Notes under the pieces: model-generated | Database searches by the model: none | Seen by the model: only the letters and a program-made list of their open reading frames with translations | Told to the model about the DNA's origin: nothing | Origin: Candidatus Brachybacterium merdavium | Lineage (GTDB): Bacteria; Actinomycetota; Actinomycetes; Actinomycetales; Dermabacteraceae | Reading direction: 5' to 3' | NCBI GenBank assembly: GCA_019118275.1 | Contig: DWZH01000008.1 | Span: 9,908-73,907 of the forward strand | Length of the DNA stretch: 64,000 bases | Part shown: positions 18,944-28,588 of the stretch, in pieces | Position numbering within the stretch: position 1 is the stretch's first letter | Layout of the letters: each line of letters starts with the position of its first letter | Program-made: the position numbers and the translations under genes

Positions 18944-20227
18944 ATGCCCGGCATGTGGGTGACCGAGCGGACCGTGCAGGTCCCGCTCGATTGGGCGGCG
19001 CCCGACGGAGAGAGGATCGATCTCTTCATCCGGGAGCTGGTGGATCCGGATCGGCGATCCGAGGATCTTCCTCTGCTCACCTACCTGCAGGGCGGTCCCG
19101 GAGGCGCGAGTCCCCGCCCCGTGAACGGCTCCGGGGGCTGGCTCGGGGAAGCCCTGAAGCACTACCGGGTGATCCTGGTCGACCAGCGCGGCACGGGCTC
19201 GAGCACTCCGATCGAGGCCGTGGACGTGCAGGGGAGAGGCGATGCGGACGCGGGAGCCGACTATCTGTCGATGTTCAGAGCCGATTCGATCGTGCGCGAT
19301 CTCGAACATGTGCGCACCACGGTGTACCAGGAGAAGAAGTGGGCGCTGATCGCCCAGAGCTTCGGAGGCTGGATCACCCTCACGTACCTCTCCTTCGCGC
19401 CCGGCGGGCTCACCGCCTGCTACATCCACGGCGGTGTCCCGGGAACGCCCCCTTCTGCGGCCGAGGTCTATCGGCGCACGTTCCGCCGCGTGCAGGAGAA
19501 GACGACGGAGTACTACCGCCGGTACCCGGGGGACGCCGAGCGGGTCGCGGAGATCGCGGACCTGCTGGCGAGCGAAGAGGTCCGGCTTCCCGATGGTGAC
19601 CGCCTCACTGTTCGCCGATTTCAGTCACTGGGCATCGACTTCGGCATGAAGCCAGGATTCGAGCGGATGCATTGGCTCCTCGAGGGGGCCCTTGCTCGCC
19701 CCGGACGCTTCTCCCACGGATTCCTGGAGCAGGTCCAGACCCGCACCTCCCAGGCCGGCAACCCTTTGTTCTGGACACTCCAGGAGAGCATCTACGGCAC
19801 GGCAGGGGGAGGCGCCACCGCGTGGGCGGCGCAGGCCGAGCGGGACCGACGCCCCGAGTTCTCGGAGGCGAATCGTCCCCTCCTGTTCACAGGAGAGATG
19901 GCGTTCCCCTGGATGTTCGAGGAGATTCGGCTCCTGCGCGGTTTCGCACCTGCCGTGCACCGGCTCGCGGAGCGCGAGGACTGGCCGGCGCTGTACGACG
20001 AGACCAGGTTGGCGGAGAACGAGGTCCCGGTCGCCGCAGCGGTCTTCTACGACGACATGTACGTGGACGCCCAGCTCCAGCTGGACACACTGTCCCGAGT
20101 GGGCAGCTCGACGTACTGGGTGACCAACGAGTTCGAACATGACGGCATCGGAGCCGACCGCACCTTCTCGCGCCTGCGAGAGCTCGTCCGTGACCGCGGT
20201 GGGGAACGAACAGGAGAAATGAAGTGA
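18944..20227 (+). CDS. prolyl aminopeptidase-type alpha/beta hydrolase (S33 family)
   Basis: YLQGGPGG (the HGGPG-type oxyanion motif of proline iminopeptidases) and nucleophile elbow AQSFGGW. Start at ATG 18944; a GTG at 18911 is an in-frame alternative. The upstream part of the listed 691-aa ORF is antisense to the ROK gene. Confidence 0.8.
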   Translation: MPGMWVTERTVQVPLDWAAPDGERIDLFIRELVDPDRRSEDLPLLTYLQGGPGGASPRPVNGSGGWLGEALKHYRVILVDQRGTGSSTPIEAVDVQGRGDADAGADYLSMFRADSIVRDLEHVRTTVYQEKKWALIAQSFGGWITLTYLSFAPGGLTACYIHGGVPGTPPSAAEVYRRTFRRVQEKTTEYYRRYPGDAERVAEIADLLASEEVRLPDGDRLTVRRFQSLGIDFGMKPGFERMHWLLEGALARPGRFSHGFLEQVQTRTSQAGNPLFWTLQESIYGTAGGGATAWAAQAERDRRPEFSEANRPLLFTGEMAFPWMFEEIRLLRGFAPAVHRLAEREDWPALYDETRLAENEVPVAAAVFYDDMYVDAQLQLDTLSRVGSSTYWVTNEFEHDGIGADRTFSRLRELVRDRGGERTGEMK

Positions 20228-21678
20228 CGACCGACAGCATCCACGATCAGCGACCGCCCTATGCGGGCACCCGCCCGCCCCGGCTGAGCGAGATCCCGGC
20301 ATTCGTCGACCACATCGCACGGGACTGGGGCCATCGGTCCGTCCCGGTCGCGCTGCCCGAGGGCACCGAAGCGGCCGCGGCCGAGCACCGGCGTCGACTG
20401 AGCCATGCGCTCCCCGGCCGGGCGATCGTCGCCGCCGCCGGCACCGCGCCGATCCGCAACGATGACAGCGCCTATGGCTTCCGGGCCGACAGCGACTTCG
20501 TCTGGCTGACCGGAGTGCAGGTCGAGGGCGCGGTGCTGGTGATGACCCCGACGGCGGGAGGGCACGACTCCACCGTGTACCTGCCGCCGCCGCTGCGTCC
20601 GGGCACGGAGGGATTCTTCTCCGATGCTCTCCACGGTGAGCTCTGGGTCGGATCCTCGCCGGGGATCGAGGAGTGGTCGCGAGCACTGGATCTCCCGGTC
20701 AGGGACATCGCAGAACTCGAGACGGCCACGATACGCAGCGCCGAGGGGCCGGCGTGGAGCACGCGTGTGGTCCCCGAAGCGCTCCGCGCTCAGCACGGGC
20801 TCGAGGTCTCCCAGGAACTGCGTCGCACCCTTTCCCAGCTGCGCATGATCAAGGACGAATGGGAGATCGAGCAGCTGCGCCACGCCGTGGACGCGACCGT
20901 GGGCGGTTTCGCTGCGGTGGCGACCGAGATCCCACGAGCTCTGGCTCAGGGCCTCGGCGAACGCTGGTTGCAGGGCACCTTCGAGCGGCACTCGCGGACG
21001 CACGGGAACGGACCGGGCTATTCCACCATCGTCGGCTCCGGGCCGAACGCCCCGATCCTGCACTGGACGCGCTGCGACGGGCCGATCCTGCCCGACAGTG
21101 CCCTTCTGCTGGACATGGGCGTGGAGGCCCGGAGCCTCTACACGGCGGATGTCACCCGTACGCTCCCGGTCTCGGGGACCTTCAGCACTGCCCAGCGACG
21201 GGTGCACGATCTCGTGGAACGCTCCCACCGCACGGCGATGAGCCACGTCCGCCCCGGGGTGAACTACCTGGAGTTCCATTTCGCCGCCATGGAGGTGCTG
21301 GCCCAGGGGCTGCACGACTGGGGGATCCTCCCCGTCTCCGTCGACGAGGCGCTGTCCCCCGCGGGCCAGCAGCATCGGCGCTACCTGGTCTGCGGGATCG
21401 GCCACCACCTGGGACTGGACGTGCACGACTGCTCACAGGCCCAGTGGGAGGACTACATGGGCGCTGACCTCGAGGCCGGCATGGTGATGACCGTCGAGCC
21501 CGGACTGTACTTCCACGAGAACGACCTGACCGTCCCCCCGGAGCTGCGGGGGATCGGCGTCCGTCTCGAGGACGACCTGCTGCTCACGGCCAGCGGGGCC
21601 GAGGTGCTCTCGGAGGCCCTGCCCATCGATGCCATCGGCATCGAGAACTGGACCCGCTCCCACGCGAGCTCTGCATGA
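20224..21678 (+). CDS. Xaa-Pro aminopeptidase (M24B, aminopeptidase P family)
   Basis: AMP_N segment FRADSDFVWLTG. M24 metal ligand contexts are LLDMGVEARSLYTADVTRT, GHHLGLDVHD, VMTVEPGLY and GIGVRLEDD. The GTG start overlaps the preceding stop (GTGA at 20224-20227). Confidence 0.9.
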   Translation: MTTDSIHDQRPPYAGTRPPRLSEIPAFVDHIARDWGHRSVPVALPEGTEAAAAEHRRRLSHALPGRAIVAAAGTAPIRNDDSAYGFRADSDFVWLTGVQVEGAVLVMTPTAGGHDSTVYLPPPLRPGTEGFFSDALHGELWVGSSPGIEEWSRALDLPVRDIAELETATIRSAEGPAWSTRVVPEALRAQHGLEVSQELRRTLSQLRMIKDEWEIEQLRHAVDATVGGFAAVATEIPRALAQGLGERWLQGTFERHSRTHGNGPGYSTIVGSGPNAPILHWTRCDGPILPDSALLLDMGVEARSLYTADVTRTLPVSGTFSTAQRRVHDLVERSHRTAMSHVRPGVNYLEFHFAAMEVLAQGLHDWGILPVSVDEALSPAGQQHRRYLVCGIGHHLGLDVHDCSQAQWEDYMGADLEAGMVMTVEPGLYFHENDLTVPPELRGIGVRLEDDLLLTASGAEVLSEALPIDAIGIENWTRSHASSA

Positions 21679-24494
21679 CCCACCGACCAGGAGAGACTGT
21701 GAACGCTCATATCGTGTCCCCGATCATCAGCCCTCGGGTGACGCCGTACCCCCTGTCCGCCGTCGACGTCGCCGACGACAGCGTCTTCGCTGCGGCGCGA
21801 GGACGCATGCTGGACCTGGCCAGGAACTACCCCGTCGACCGACTGCTGGCCGTCTTCCGGGCGAACGCTCAGCTGGATACGCGGGGAGCGCGGCCGCCAG
21901 GGAACTGGGAGGACCATGGGCACCCCAAGGAGGATGCCTGGAGCGAGCACGATTATCCGGGGCGGGAAGAGGCACAGACCGCCAACCTGCTCCGCGGGCA
22001 CTACGCCGGACACTTCCTCTCCATGCTCTCCCTGGCCCATGCGGCCACCGGGGAGGAGGCGCTCAAGGACAAGGTGACGGATTTCGTGGCGGGCCTGGGC
22101 CAGGTGCAGGATGCGTTGGCGGCGACGGGCCGGTACTCCCACCCCGGCTTCCTCGCCGCGTACGGGGAGTGGCAGTTCTCGCGATTGGAGGGTTTCGCCC
22201 CGTACGGCGAGATCTGGGCACCGTATTACACCACCCACAAGATCATGGCAGGCCTGCTGGACGCCTACGAGCTCACCGGCAACGAACAGGCCCTGCGGAT
22301 CGTGACGAAGATGGGCCAGTGGGTGCATGCACGCCTGTCCCGGTTGGATCCCGGACGGCGACAGAAGATGTGGTCGCTGTACATCGCCGGCGAGTACGGC
22401 GGGATGAACGAGACCCTCGCCCGCCTCGCCGCCGTGTCAGGGCAGGAGCAGTTCCTGACGACCGCCACCTACTTCGACCAGGAGAACCTCCTCGAGGCGG
22501 GGCGGACCGGGACCGACATCCTCGACGACATGCACGCCAATCAGCATGTGCCGCAGCTGATCGGTTACGTCCACGAGTACGAGCTCACGGGCGAGCAGCG
22601 CTACCTCGAGGCAGCCGTTGGGATCTTCGCGGCGATCGTCCCCGGCCGCATGTACGCGCACGGCGGCACCGGGGAGAGCGAGCTCTGGGGCCCGGCGAAC
22701 ACCGTCGCCGGGGACATCGGCAACCGCAACGCGGAAACCTGCGTGGCCTACAACCTGGTCAAGCTCGCGCGGCTGCTCTTCACCCACACCCTCGATCCCT
22801 CGTACCTGGACTACGTCGAGCGGGCCGAGCTCAACCAGATCCTGGGCTCGCGCAAGGCCTCGGAATCGGACGTCTCGCCCGAGGTCACGTACATGTTCCC
22901 GGTCCATGCAGGGGCGCGGCGCGAGTACGACAACATCGGCACCTGCTGCGGCGGCACCGGACTGGAGAACCACGTCAAGTATGGCGAGGGGATGTTCCAC
23001 CGCGCCCCGGGCGAGCTGTGGATCCACCATCTCTTCCCGGCCCGCCTGGACCGTGCCGCCGTCGACGGCCCCGGGGCCCTGAACATCGACCTGGTCGGTG
23101 ACTACCCGCTGGGTGACACCACCCGCATCCGCTTCACCGCCCCGCCGCACGCCGCGGGCGACGGGGAGAGGCTTCGAGTGCATCTGCGGATCCCTGCGCA
23201 TGCTGCCGGCGAGACCCGCATCCTCCTGAACGGGGAGCCTCTCGAGGCGGACGCCGCTCCCGGCGGCTACCTCTCCCTCGAACGGGAATGGTCGGACGGC
23301 GACGAGATCGTGCTGCAGGTGCCGCTGGCACTGCGATCGGTGCCCACCATCGATGATCCGGCCGTCCACAGCATGGAGCTCGGCCCCACCGTCCTGCTCG
23401 CACGGTCGGAGGAGACGACGCGGCAGGCGCTGCCGCTGGCCGGTAACCGCCTGCTGGACGGGACCCTGAGGACGTCCGAGCCGACACAGGCCCTGGTGAC
23501 CCGGCTGGCCGATGAGGGAGTGGTGCAGATCGCCGGGCTGACGTGGGAACCCGCCTATTCCGGCCAGGACACCCGCTATCACATGTACGTCCGCCAGGCC
23601 GACGCGACGATCGCGTTCGCGGGCGAGGACAGCGGTGTCCCCAATCGGCTGCGTCCGGCCGGGGTCACCGTCCTGGACTCGATCTGGCAGCGGGAGGCCT
23701 TCACCTCCCGGGACGAGTTCCTGGACCGGGTGGCGGACATCGTCGTGGAGGCACGCCAGGAGGGGGTGCTCGGGCGGTCCGAGGCGGAGCGGGTGCTGTG
23801 CGCCGCCGCTCGCGCCGATATCGACGGCGACGGCACCGCCCGAGAGGCGGAGGTCCGGCAGACGAGCACCGCAGGACCGGTCCGGCGCCAGGACGCGGAC
23901 GGGACGCGGACTGTGTGGGACCTGCCCGCCGACTGGGCAGATCAGGACGCCCCGCCGGTGGTGCACATCGGAGTGGCCCAGGAGCCCGCACCCTCCGGGT
24001 GGTACACCAGCACACCCACGGTGACGGTCCACGCCGCGCACCTCGACCAGCGGGGATCCGAGGGCTCGGCGGGACTGGAGATCGAGTACCGGGTCGATGG
24101 GACGGACTGGCAGCCCTATACGGAGCCCTTCGAACTGGGTGCGGAGGGCAGCCATCGAGTGGAGGCCAGAGTGCGTGATGCGCTCGGGCGCGCGAACCGC
24201 GACGAGCTGGAGCTCCATGTCGACACCTCGCCGCCGGAGACCACCGCGACGGTACGCGAACTGGGCAGCAGCGTCGAGGTGACCTTCTTCGCCACCGACT
24301 CCACCTCAGGGGTCGATCGGATCCAGTGGGAGGGGCCCGGCACGTTCTGGGGCACCTTCTCCGAGGCCTTCGTGAGGGCTCTGACGGACACTGAGCAGGT
24401 CCTCGAGTACGCGGCGACCGACCGTGCGGGGAACATCGAACCCCGCCGCCGGCTCGTCCTGCCTGCCCTGACCGATATCCCGGGCCAGGGATGA
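21675..24494 (+). CDS. GH127-family glycoside hydrolase (DUF1680, beta-L-arabinofuranosidase-like) with ~300-aa C-terminal extension
   Basis: DUF1680-type N-terminus with Zn/catalytic motifs NAETCVAYN (Glu-x-Cys) and IGTCCGGTGLENH (Cys-Cys). No signal peptide. The C-terminal extension contains LEIEYRVDGTDWQPYTEPF, resembling a chitobiase/hexosaminidase C-terminal-type Ig-like repeat. The start overlaps the PepP stop (ATGA at 21675-21678). Confidence 0.85.
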   Translation: MTHRPGETVNAHIVSPIISPRVTPYPLSAVDVADDSVFAAARGRMLDLARNYPVDRLLAVFRANAQLDTRGARPPGNWEDHGHPKEDAWSEHDYPGREEAQTANLLRGHYAGHFLSMLSLAHAATGEEALKDKVTDFVAGLGQVQDALAATGRYSHPGFLAAYGEWQFSRLEGFAPYGEIWAPYYTTHKIMAGLLDAYELTGNEQALRIVTKMGQWVHARLSRLDPGRRQKMWSLYIAGEYGGMNETLARLAAVSGQEQFLTTATYFDQENLLEAGRTGTDILDDMHANQHVPQLIGYVHEYELTGEQRYLEAAVGIFAAIVPGRMYAHGGTGESELWGPANTVAGDIGNRNAETCVAYNLVKLARLLFTHTLDPSYLDYVERAELNQILGSRKASESDVSPEVTYMFPVHAGARREYDNIGTCCGGTGLENHVKYGEGMFHRAPGELWIHHLFPARLDRAAVDGPGALNIDLVGDYPLGDTTRIRFTAPPHAAGDGERLRVHLRIPAHAAGETRILLNGEPLEADAAPGGYLSLEREWSDGDEIVLQVPLALRSVPTIDDPAVHSMELGPTVLLARSEETTRQALPLAGNRLLDGTLRTSEPTQALVTRLADEGVVQIAGLTWEPAYSGQDTRYHMYVRQADATIAFAGEDSGVPNRLRPAGVTVLDSIWQREAFTSRDEFLDRVADIVVEARQEGVLGRSEAERVLCAAARADIDGDGTAREAEVRQTSTAGPVRRQDADGTRTVWDLPADWADQDAPPVVHIGVAQEPAPSGWYTSTPTVTVHAAHLDQRGSEGSAGLEIEYRVDGTDWQPYTEPFELGAEGSHRVEARVRDALGRANRDELELHVDTSPPETTATVRELGSSVEVTFFATDSTSGVDRIQWEGPGTFWGTFSEAFVRALTDTEQVLEYAATDRAGNIEPRRRLVLPALTDIPGQG

Positions 24495-24534
24495 CGGCGA
24501 GGCCGTCGGCACAGCTGTGCCGACGGCCTCGCCG
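24495..24534. terminator. perfect 40-bp palindrome (20-bp stem) between convergent GH127 genes; candidate bidirectional terminator
   Basis: CGGCGAGGCCGTCGGCACAG|CTGTGCCGACGGCCTCGCCG is exactly self-complementary. It starts 1 nt after the stop of the + strand gene and is followed by a C6G6 palindrome (24535-24546). Confidence 0.7.
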
Positions 24535-24556
24535 CCCCCCGGGGGGCCCCTCTAGG

Positions 24557-26512
24557 TCACCGCGATCCGGAGATCTCCGGGAGCCACACTCGCATCGGAC
24601 CGGCACCGCGGTTCGCCCAGGCGAAGTACGGGATCGCGCGCCAGACGTGATCCGTGACGGGGGCGGGATCCGGGGTCCACGTCGAGTACGGCCAGCTCCG
24701 ATCGATGGCGGCAGCTGACGGAGCAGCCGCTGCCGCCCCGGTCAGATCCACCGCGACCACGCCGTCCAGGTCGTCGATCGGGCGCTCGACCACGGGGGCG
24801 CTCGGATCGACGAGGGCGTCGTCGACGACGGCGGGCCCCTCCTGATCGGCCTGCTCGATCGCGTAGACCAGGGGGCCGCGTTCCAGGGCGACGGCACCCC
24901 GAGAGGCGTCGACGCGGTGAGGGGCGGTCACGAAGCGCGGGGTCATGTCGATGTCGAGCACGATCTCCTCTCCGGCCCGGAACTGTCGATCGAGCTCCTG
25001 GACGCCGCTGCCGGCGACCTCCTGCGCCCCGTCGCCTGCGTCGAGCAGTGCGGATCCGGCCCAGGCCGGGATCCGCACGCTGAGCGAAGCAGCAACCTCG
25101 GGCGCCTCGACCACGCGCAGGGTGATTCGCCCATCGTGCGGGTAGTCGGTCGTGATCTCGACGCTGAGCCGCTCGGATCCCACCTCCGCGGTGTAGGTCC
25201 CGTTCGCGAACTGGTGGATCTGCAGGCCGTCGTCGGTCGACGTGGCGACGTACTGGTCCAGGCTCGACAGCGTGCGCATCACGTTCGGCGGGCAGCAGGC
25301 GCACTGGAACCAGCCGCGCCTCCCGTTCGCCGCGGAGGTGCCGCCCGTGACCTGGGCGTTCGAGCGCAGTTGGAGAGGGTTGACGTAGAAGAACTCGGTG
25401 CCGCCCAGGGACACCCCGGGCAGGACCGCGTTGAACAGGGCCCGTTCGATGAGATCGGCGTACTGCTCATCGCCGCTGGCCAGGAGCAGCCGCCATGCCC
25501 ATTGCACGGCAGCGATCCCGGCACAGGTCTCGGCATAGCCGTGATCGGTGCTCAACTCGTAAGGATCGCCGTAGGCCTCTCCCGCCCAGCGCGAACCCAT
25601 CCCCCCGGTGACATAGGTCTTGGTCGCCAGCATGGTCGCGAAGACACTCCGCAGATGGGCCAGCAGCTCGGTGTCAGCATCCTCGATCGCGAGGTCGGTG
25701 GCACCTGCTGCGAGGTAGAGGGCACGTACCGCGTGCCCCTCGACCGTCGACGCCTCCCGGACCGGGACACGGTCGGAGAAGTAGGTCGGTTCGTGCCCGA
25801 GCCCCGACAGATAGCCGTGGCCGCGCCTGTCGAGGAAGAAGCGTGCCAGCTCCAGCGCATCGTTCCTGCCGGTCTCGCGGTACAGCTCGACGAGGGCCAT
25901 CTCGATCTCGGGATGGCCGGGGACGCCCTCGTGGTGTCCGGGACCGAAGACGGCCACGAGATGGTCCAGCACGCGGAGGGAGACGTCGAGCAGCGTCGTC
26001 TCGCCCGTGCTGCGAGCCTGTGCGACGGCGGCCTGGAACAGGTGGCCATAGCAGTACAGCTCGTGGTTCCAGGCGAGATCGGTGTAGCGCTCCTCGGGGC
26101 CGTGGCGCAGTTGGTGGACGCTGTTGAGGTACCCGTCGGACTGCTGCGCGGCGGCCACGAGAGCTGTCACCTCCTGCTGCCGGCTGCGCAGCACCGGATC
26201 CTCGGCCCGACCGATCTCGTAGGCGACTGCTTCGAGCCATTTGTAGACGTCGGAGTCCTGGAAGATCATCCCTCTCGCATGCCCCGTGGAGGTGCCTGCG
26301 GCGATGCGGAAGTTATCGAGGGTGCCCGAGGTCTCCAGCTGCTCGTATCCGGCGGCGAGAGCGTCCACCCGGTTGCGGTCCTGGCGGGTCCGCCAGAACC
26401 CGCCGCTGATGTGCGCGTCGCCGGGGGCGAGCGGTCTCAGGGCGGTTCGTGCCCGTGTCCTGACGGGGGCCGCGAGCGTGGAGGGCTCGCGAGAAGCAGT
26501 CGACACTGCCAT
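24557..26512 (-). CDS. GH127 beta-L-arabinofuranosidase-like glycoside hydrolase (DUF1680)
   Basis: 651 aa, the length of HypBA1-type enzymes. Motifs are GFWRTRQDRN, YAETCAGIAAVQW (Glu-x-Cys) and FQCACCPPNVMRT (Cys-Cys). No signal peptide. Confidence 0.9.
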   Translation of the reverse strand: MAVSTASREPSTLAAPVRTRARTALRPLAPGDAHISGGFWRTRQDRNRVDALAAGYEQLETSGTLDNFRIAAGTSTGHARGMIFQDSDVYKWLEAVAYEIGRAEDPVLRSRQQEVTALVAAAQQSDGYLNSVHQLRHGPEERYTDLAWNHELYCYGHLFQAAVAQARSTGETTLLDVSLRVLDHLVAVFGPGHHEGVPGHPEIEMALVELYRETGRNDALELARFFLDRRGHGYLSGLGHEPTYFSDRVPVREASTVEGHAVRALYLAAGATDLAIEDADTELLAHLRSVFATMLATKTYVTGGMGSRWAGEAYGDPYELSTDHGYAETCAGIAAVQWAWRLLLASGDEQYADLIERALFNAVLPGVSLGGTEFFYVNPLQLRSNAQVTGGTSAANGRRGWFQCACCPPNVMRTLSSLDQYVATSTDDGLQIHQFANGTYTAEVGSERLSVEITTDYPHDGRITLRVVEAPEVAASLSVRIPAWAGSALLDAGDGAQEVAGSGVQELDRQFRAGEEIVLDIDMTPRFVTAPHRVDASRGAVALERGPLVYAIEQADQEGPAVVDDALVDPSAPVVERPIDDLDGVVAVDLTGAAAAAPSAAAIDRSWPYSTWTPDPAPVTDHVWRAIPYFAWANRGAGPMRVWLPEISGSR

Positions 26513-26819
26513 GGGTTCTCCTTGGTGATGCTGCAGTGGGGGGTGTGATGGGTAGAAGGTGTGTGCTCGCGGGCCGAGCCCAGCTTGCCCGCCGTGCCGT
26601 TATCTCGGCCAGTGATCCCGACCGCGTCCAGTGGTGGGGAGGGGTCCGTTCCCCTCTCGGCCACCAGCTCGATCCTGTCGGTGGGCTTCGGTCCAGGCGA
26701 CGGCCAGTGTCGGTTCTCGGACCAGTAGGCCCGGGAAGCGGTGCTGCATGTGAGTGATGCTCCTCAGCTCGTGGATTCCGCGGCCCTTCGCGGCAGCGGT
26801 GATCGGCGGGCGATGGCAC

Positions 26820-27716
26820 TCATAGTGCGGCGTCGTCGGCCGCGCCGCTCCTGAGCACCCGGTTCCGGCGTCGCGCGGCCTCCCATTCGGGATCGATCCG
26901 CGGCACTGCAGAGAGCAGGGTGCGGGTGTAATCGTGCTGCGGGTCTCCGAACACGTCATCCCGGGGACCGCTCTCCACGATCCTGCCAGCGCTCATGACC
27001 GCGACCCGGTCCGCGATCTGTCGCACCACGGCGAGATCGTGGGCGATGAACAGATAGCTGAAGCCCTCCTCCTCGCGCAGCCGGCGTAGCAGGTTGATCA
27101 CCTGTGCCTGCACCGAGACATCGAGCGCGGAGACGGCCTCGTCGCAGATCACGAGCTTGGCGTCGACGGCGAGCGCACGGGCGATACCGATGCGCTGCGC
27201 CTGGCCCCCGGAGAACTGCGAGGGGAGGCGGGACGAATGGTCCGGGTTCAACCCCACCCTCTCCATCAGCCCTCGGGTGAAGTCCCGCGCCCCTCCCGGG
27301 ATCTTCCGCTTCTGGTACACGAGCGGCGCAGTCACCAGCTTCTCCACCGTATGCCGAGGGTTGAGCGAGGAGTAGGGATCCTGGAAGACCACCTGGACAC
27401 TGCTACGGAACGGTCGCAGCGCCCTGGCCCCGAGCTGCCCCACCTCCTGGCCCTCGAAATGGATCTCGCCGCCATCGACGTCCATCAGACGCGCGAGCAT
27501 CCGAGCGGTCGTCGACTTCCCTGAACCCGACTCGCCGACCAGGGCCAGCGTCTCGCCGTATCCGATGGTGAGTGAGACGTCATCCACTGCGCGCACCGTG
27601 CGCCGACGTGCGCCGACACCGTCACCGGCGACCTTGAACTCCTTGACCAGGTTCGTGGCCTCCAACAGAGGAGTCGTCTCCTGTCCGGCGGGCGCCGGTC
27701 CTGCTGAGCCGTTCAT
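26820..27716 (-). CDS. peptide/oligopeptide-type ABC transporter ATP-binding protein (DppF/OppF-like)
   Basis: Walker A LALVGESGSGKST, signature FSGGQAQRIGIARAL, Walker B LVICDEAVSALD, and a C-terminal oligopeptide-ABC extension (HDYTRTLLSAVP). Confidence 0.9.
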   Translation of the reverse strand: MNGSAGPAPAGQETTPLLEATNLVKEFKVAGDGVGARRRTVRAVDDVSLTIGYGETLALVGESGSGKSTTARMLARLMDVDGGEIHFEGQEVGQLGARALRPFRSSVQVVFQDPYSSLNPRHTVEKLVTAPLVYQKRKIPGGARDFTRGLMERVGLNPDHSSRLPSQFSGGQAQRIGIARALAVDAKLVICDEAVSALDVSVQAQVINLLRRLREEEGFSYLFIAHDLAVVRQIADRVAVMSAGRIVESGPRDDVFGDPQHDYTRTLLSAVPRIDPEWEAARRRNRVLRSGAADDAAL

Positions 27717-28588
27717 GGCTGGGCTCCTTCCGCGTCGAGGGTGCGCAGGGCCCCGATCTCGTCATCGATCCGCGGCACCGCGTCCAGCAGGAGCTGCGTG
27801 TACTCGTGCTGGGGGTCGGAGAAGATCTGCTCGGCTGTGCCCTTCTCCATGACACAGCCCTCGCGCATCACGACGATGTGCTCGGTGACCTCGCTGACCA
27901 CGGCCAGGTCATGGGTGATCATGATCAGCCCGACTCCCGTCTCCTCGCGGAGCTCGGACATCAGGTCGAGGATCTGCGCCTGCACCGTGACGTCCAATGC
28001 CGTGGTCGGCTCGTCGGCGATGAGCAGCTCAGGCTCCATGCTCAGTGCCATCGCGATCATCACGCGCTGCCGCATCCCACCAGAGAACTGGTGAGGATAG
28101 TGGTCGACCCGGCGGGCTGCGTCGGAGATGCGCACCCGGTCCATGGCCTCAATCGCGACCTTCCGGGCCTCCTTCCTGCTCACGCCGCGTCGATGCGAGC
28201 GGTACGCCTCCTCGATCTGCAGTCCGACGGTGTAGTACGGGTTCAGCGACGAGAGCGGATCCTGGAAGATCATCGCAATCCGGTCGCCGCGCATCCGACG
28301 CATTGCGGCGTTCCCGAGCTCGCTGAGCTCGGTCCCGTCGAAACGGAGGGAGCCGCTGCGTTGCCCGCCCTTGGGAAGCAGGTCCATGATCGCCAGGCTG
28401 GTCATGGACTTGCCCGAGCCGGACTCCCCGACGATTCCGACAGCCCCGCCGCGGGGGACGTCCAGGTCGAGGGACTTCACCACCTCGGTCCGTCCCTCGG
28501 CGGTCGGGAAGCTCACGGTGAGGTCTCGGACCTCGAGGAGATTCCCCTCTTCGGAGTTCGGTGCGGTACTGCGCGCGGTCTCAGGCAC
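27713..28588 (-). CDS. peptide/oligopeptide-type ABC transporter ATP-binding protein (DppD/OppD-like)
   Basis: Walker A VGIVGESGSGKSM, signature FSGGMRQRVMIAMAL, Walker B LLIADEPTTALD. It has 4-nt and 8-nt overlaps with the flanking genes. Confidence 0.9.
   Translation of the reverse strand: MPETARSTAPNSEEGNLLEVRDLTVSFPTAEGRTEVVKSLDLDVPRGGAVGIVGESGSGKSMTSLAIMDLLPKGGQRSGSLRFDGTELSELGNAAMRRMRGDRIAMIFQDPLSSLNPYYTVGLQIEEAYRSHRRGVSRKEARKVAIEAMDRVRISDAARRVDHYPHQFSGGMRQRVMIAMALSMEPELLIADEPTTALDVTVQAQILDLMSELREETGVGLIMITHDLAVVSEVTEHIVVMREGCVMEKGTAEQIFSDPQHEYTQLLLDAVPRIDDEIGALRTLDAEGAQP

Noticed and set aside
22437-26548. 593-aa (-) and 543-aa (+) ORFs opposite the two GH127 genes
   Set aside because: These are shadow ORFs. 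The GH127 strands carry the Glu-x-Cys and Cys-Cys motifs and sensible start contexts.
26600-26749. 49-aa ORF (MQHRFPGLLVREPTLAVAW...) in the ABC-GH127 gap
   Set aside because: It has no SD, no recognisable motif and low coding-like periodicity. It is treated as non-coding.
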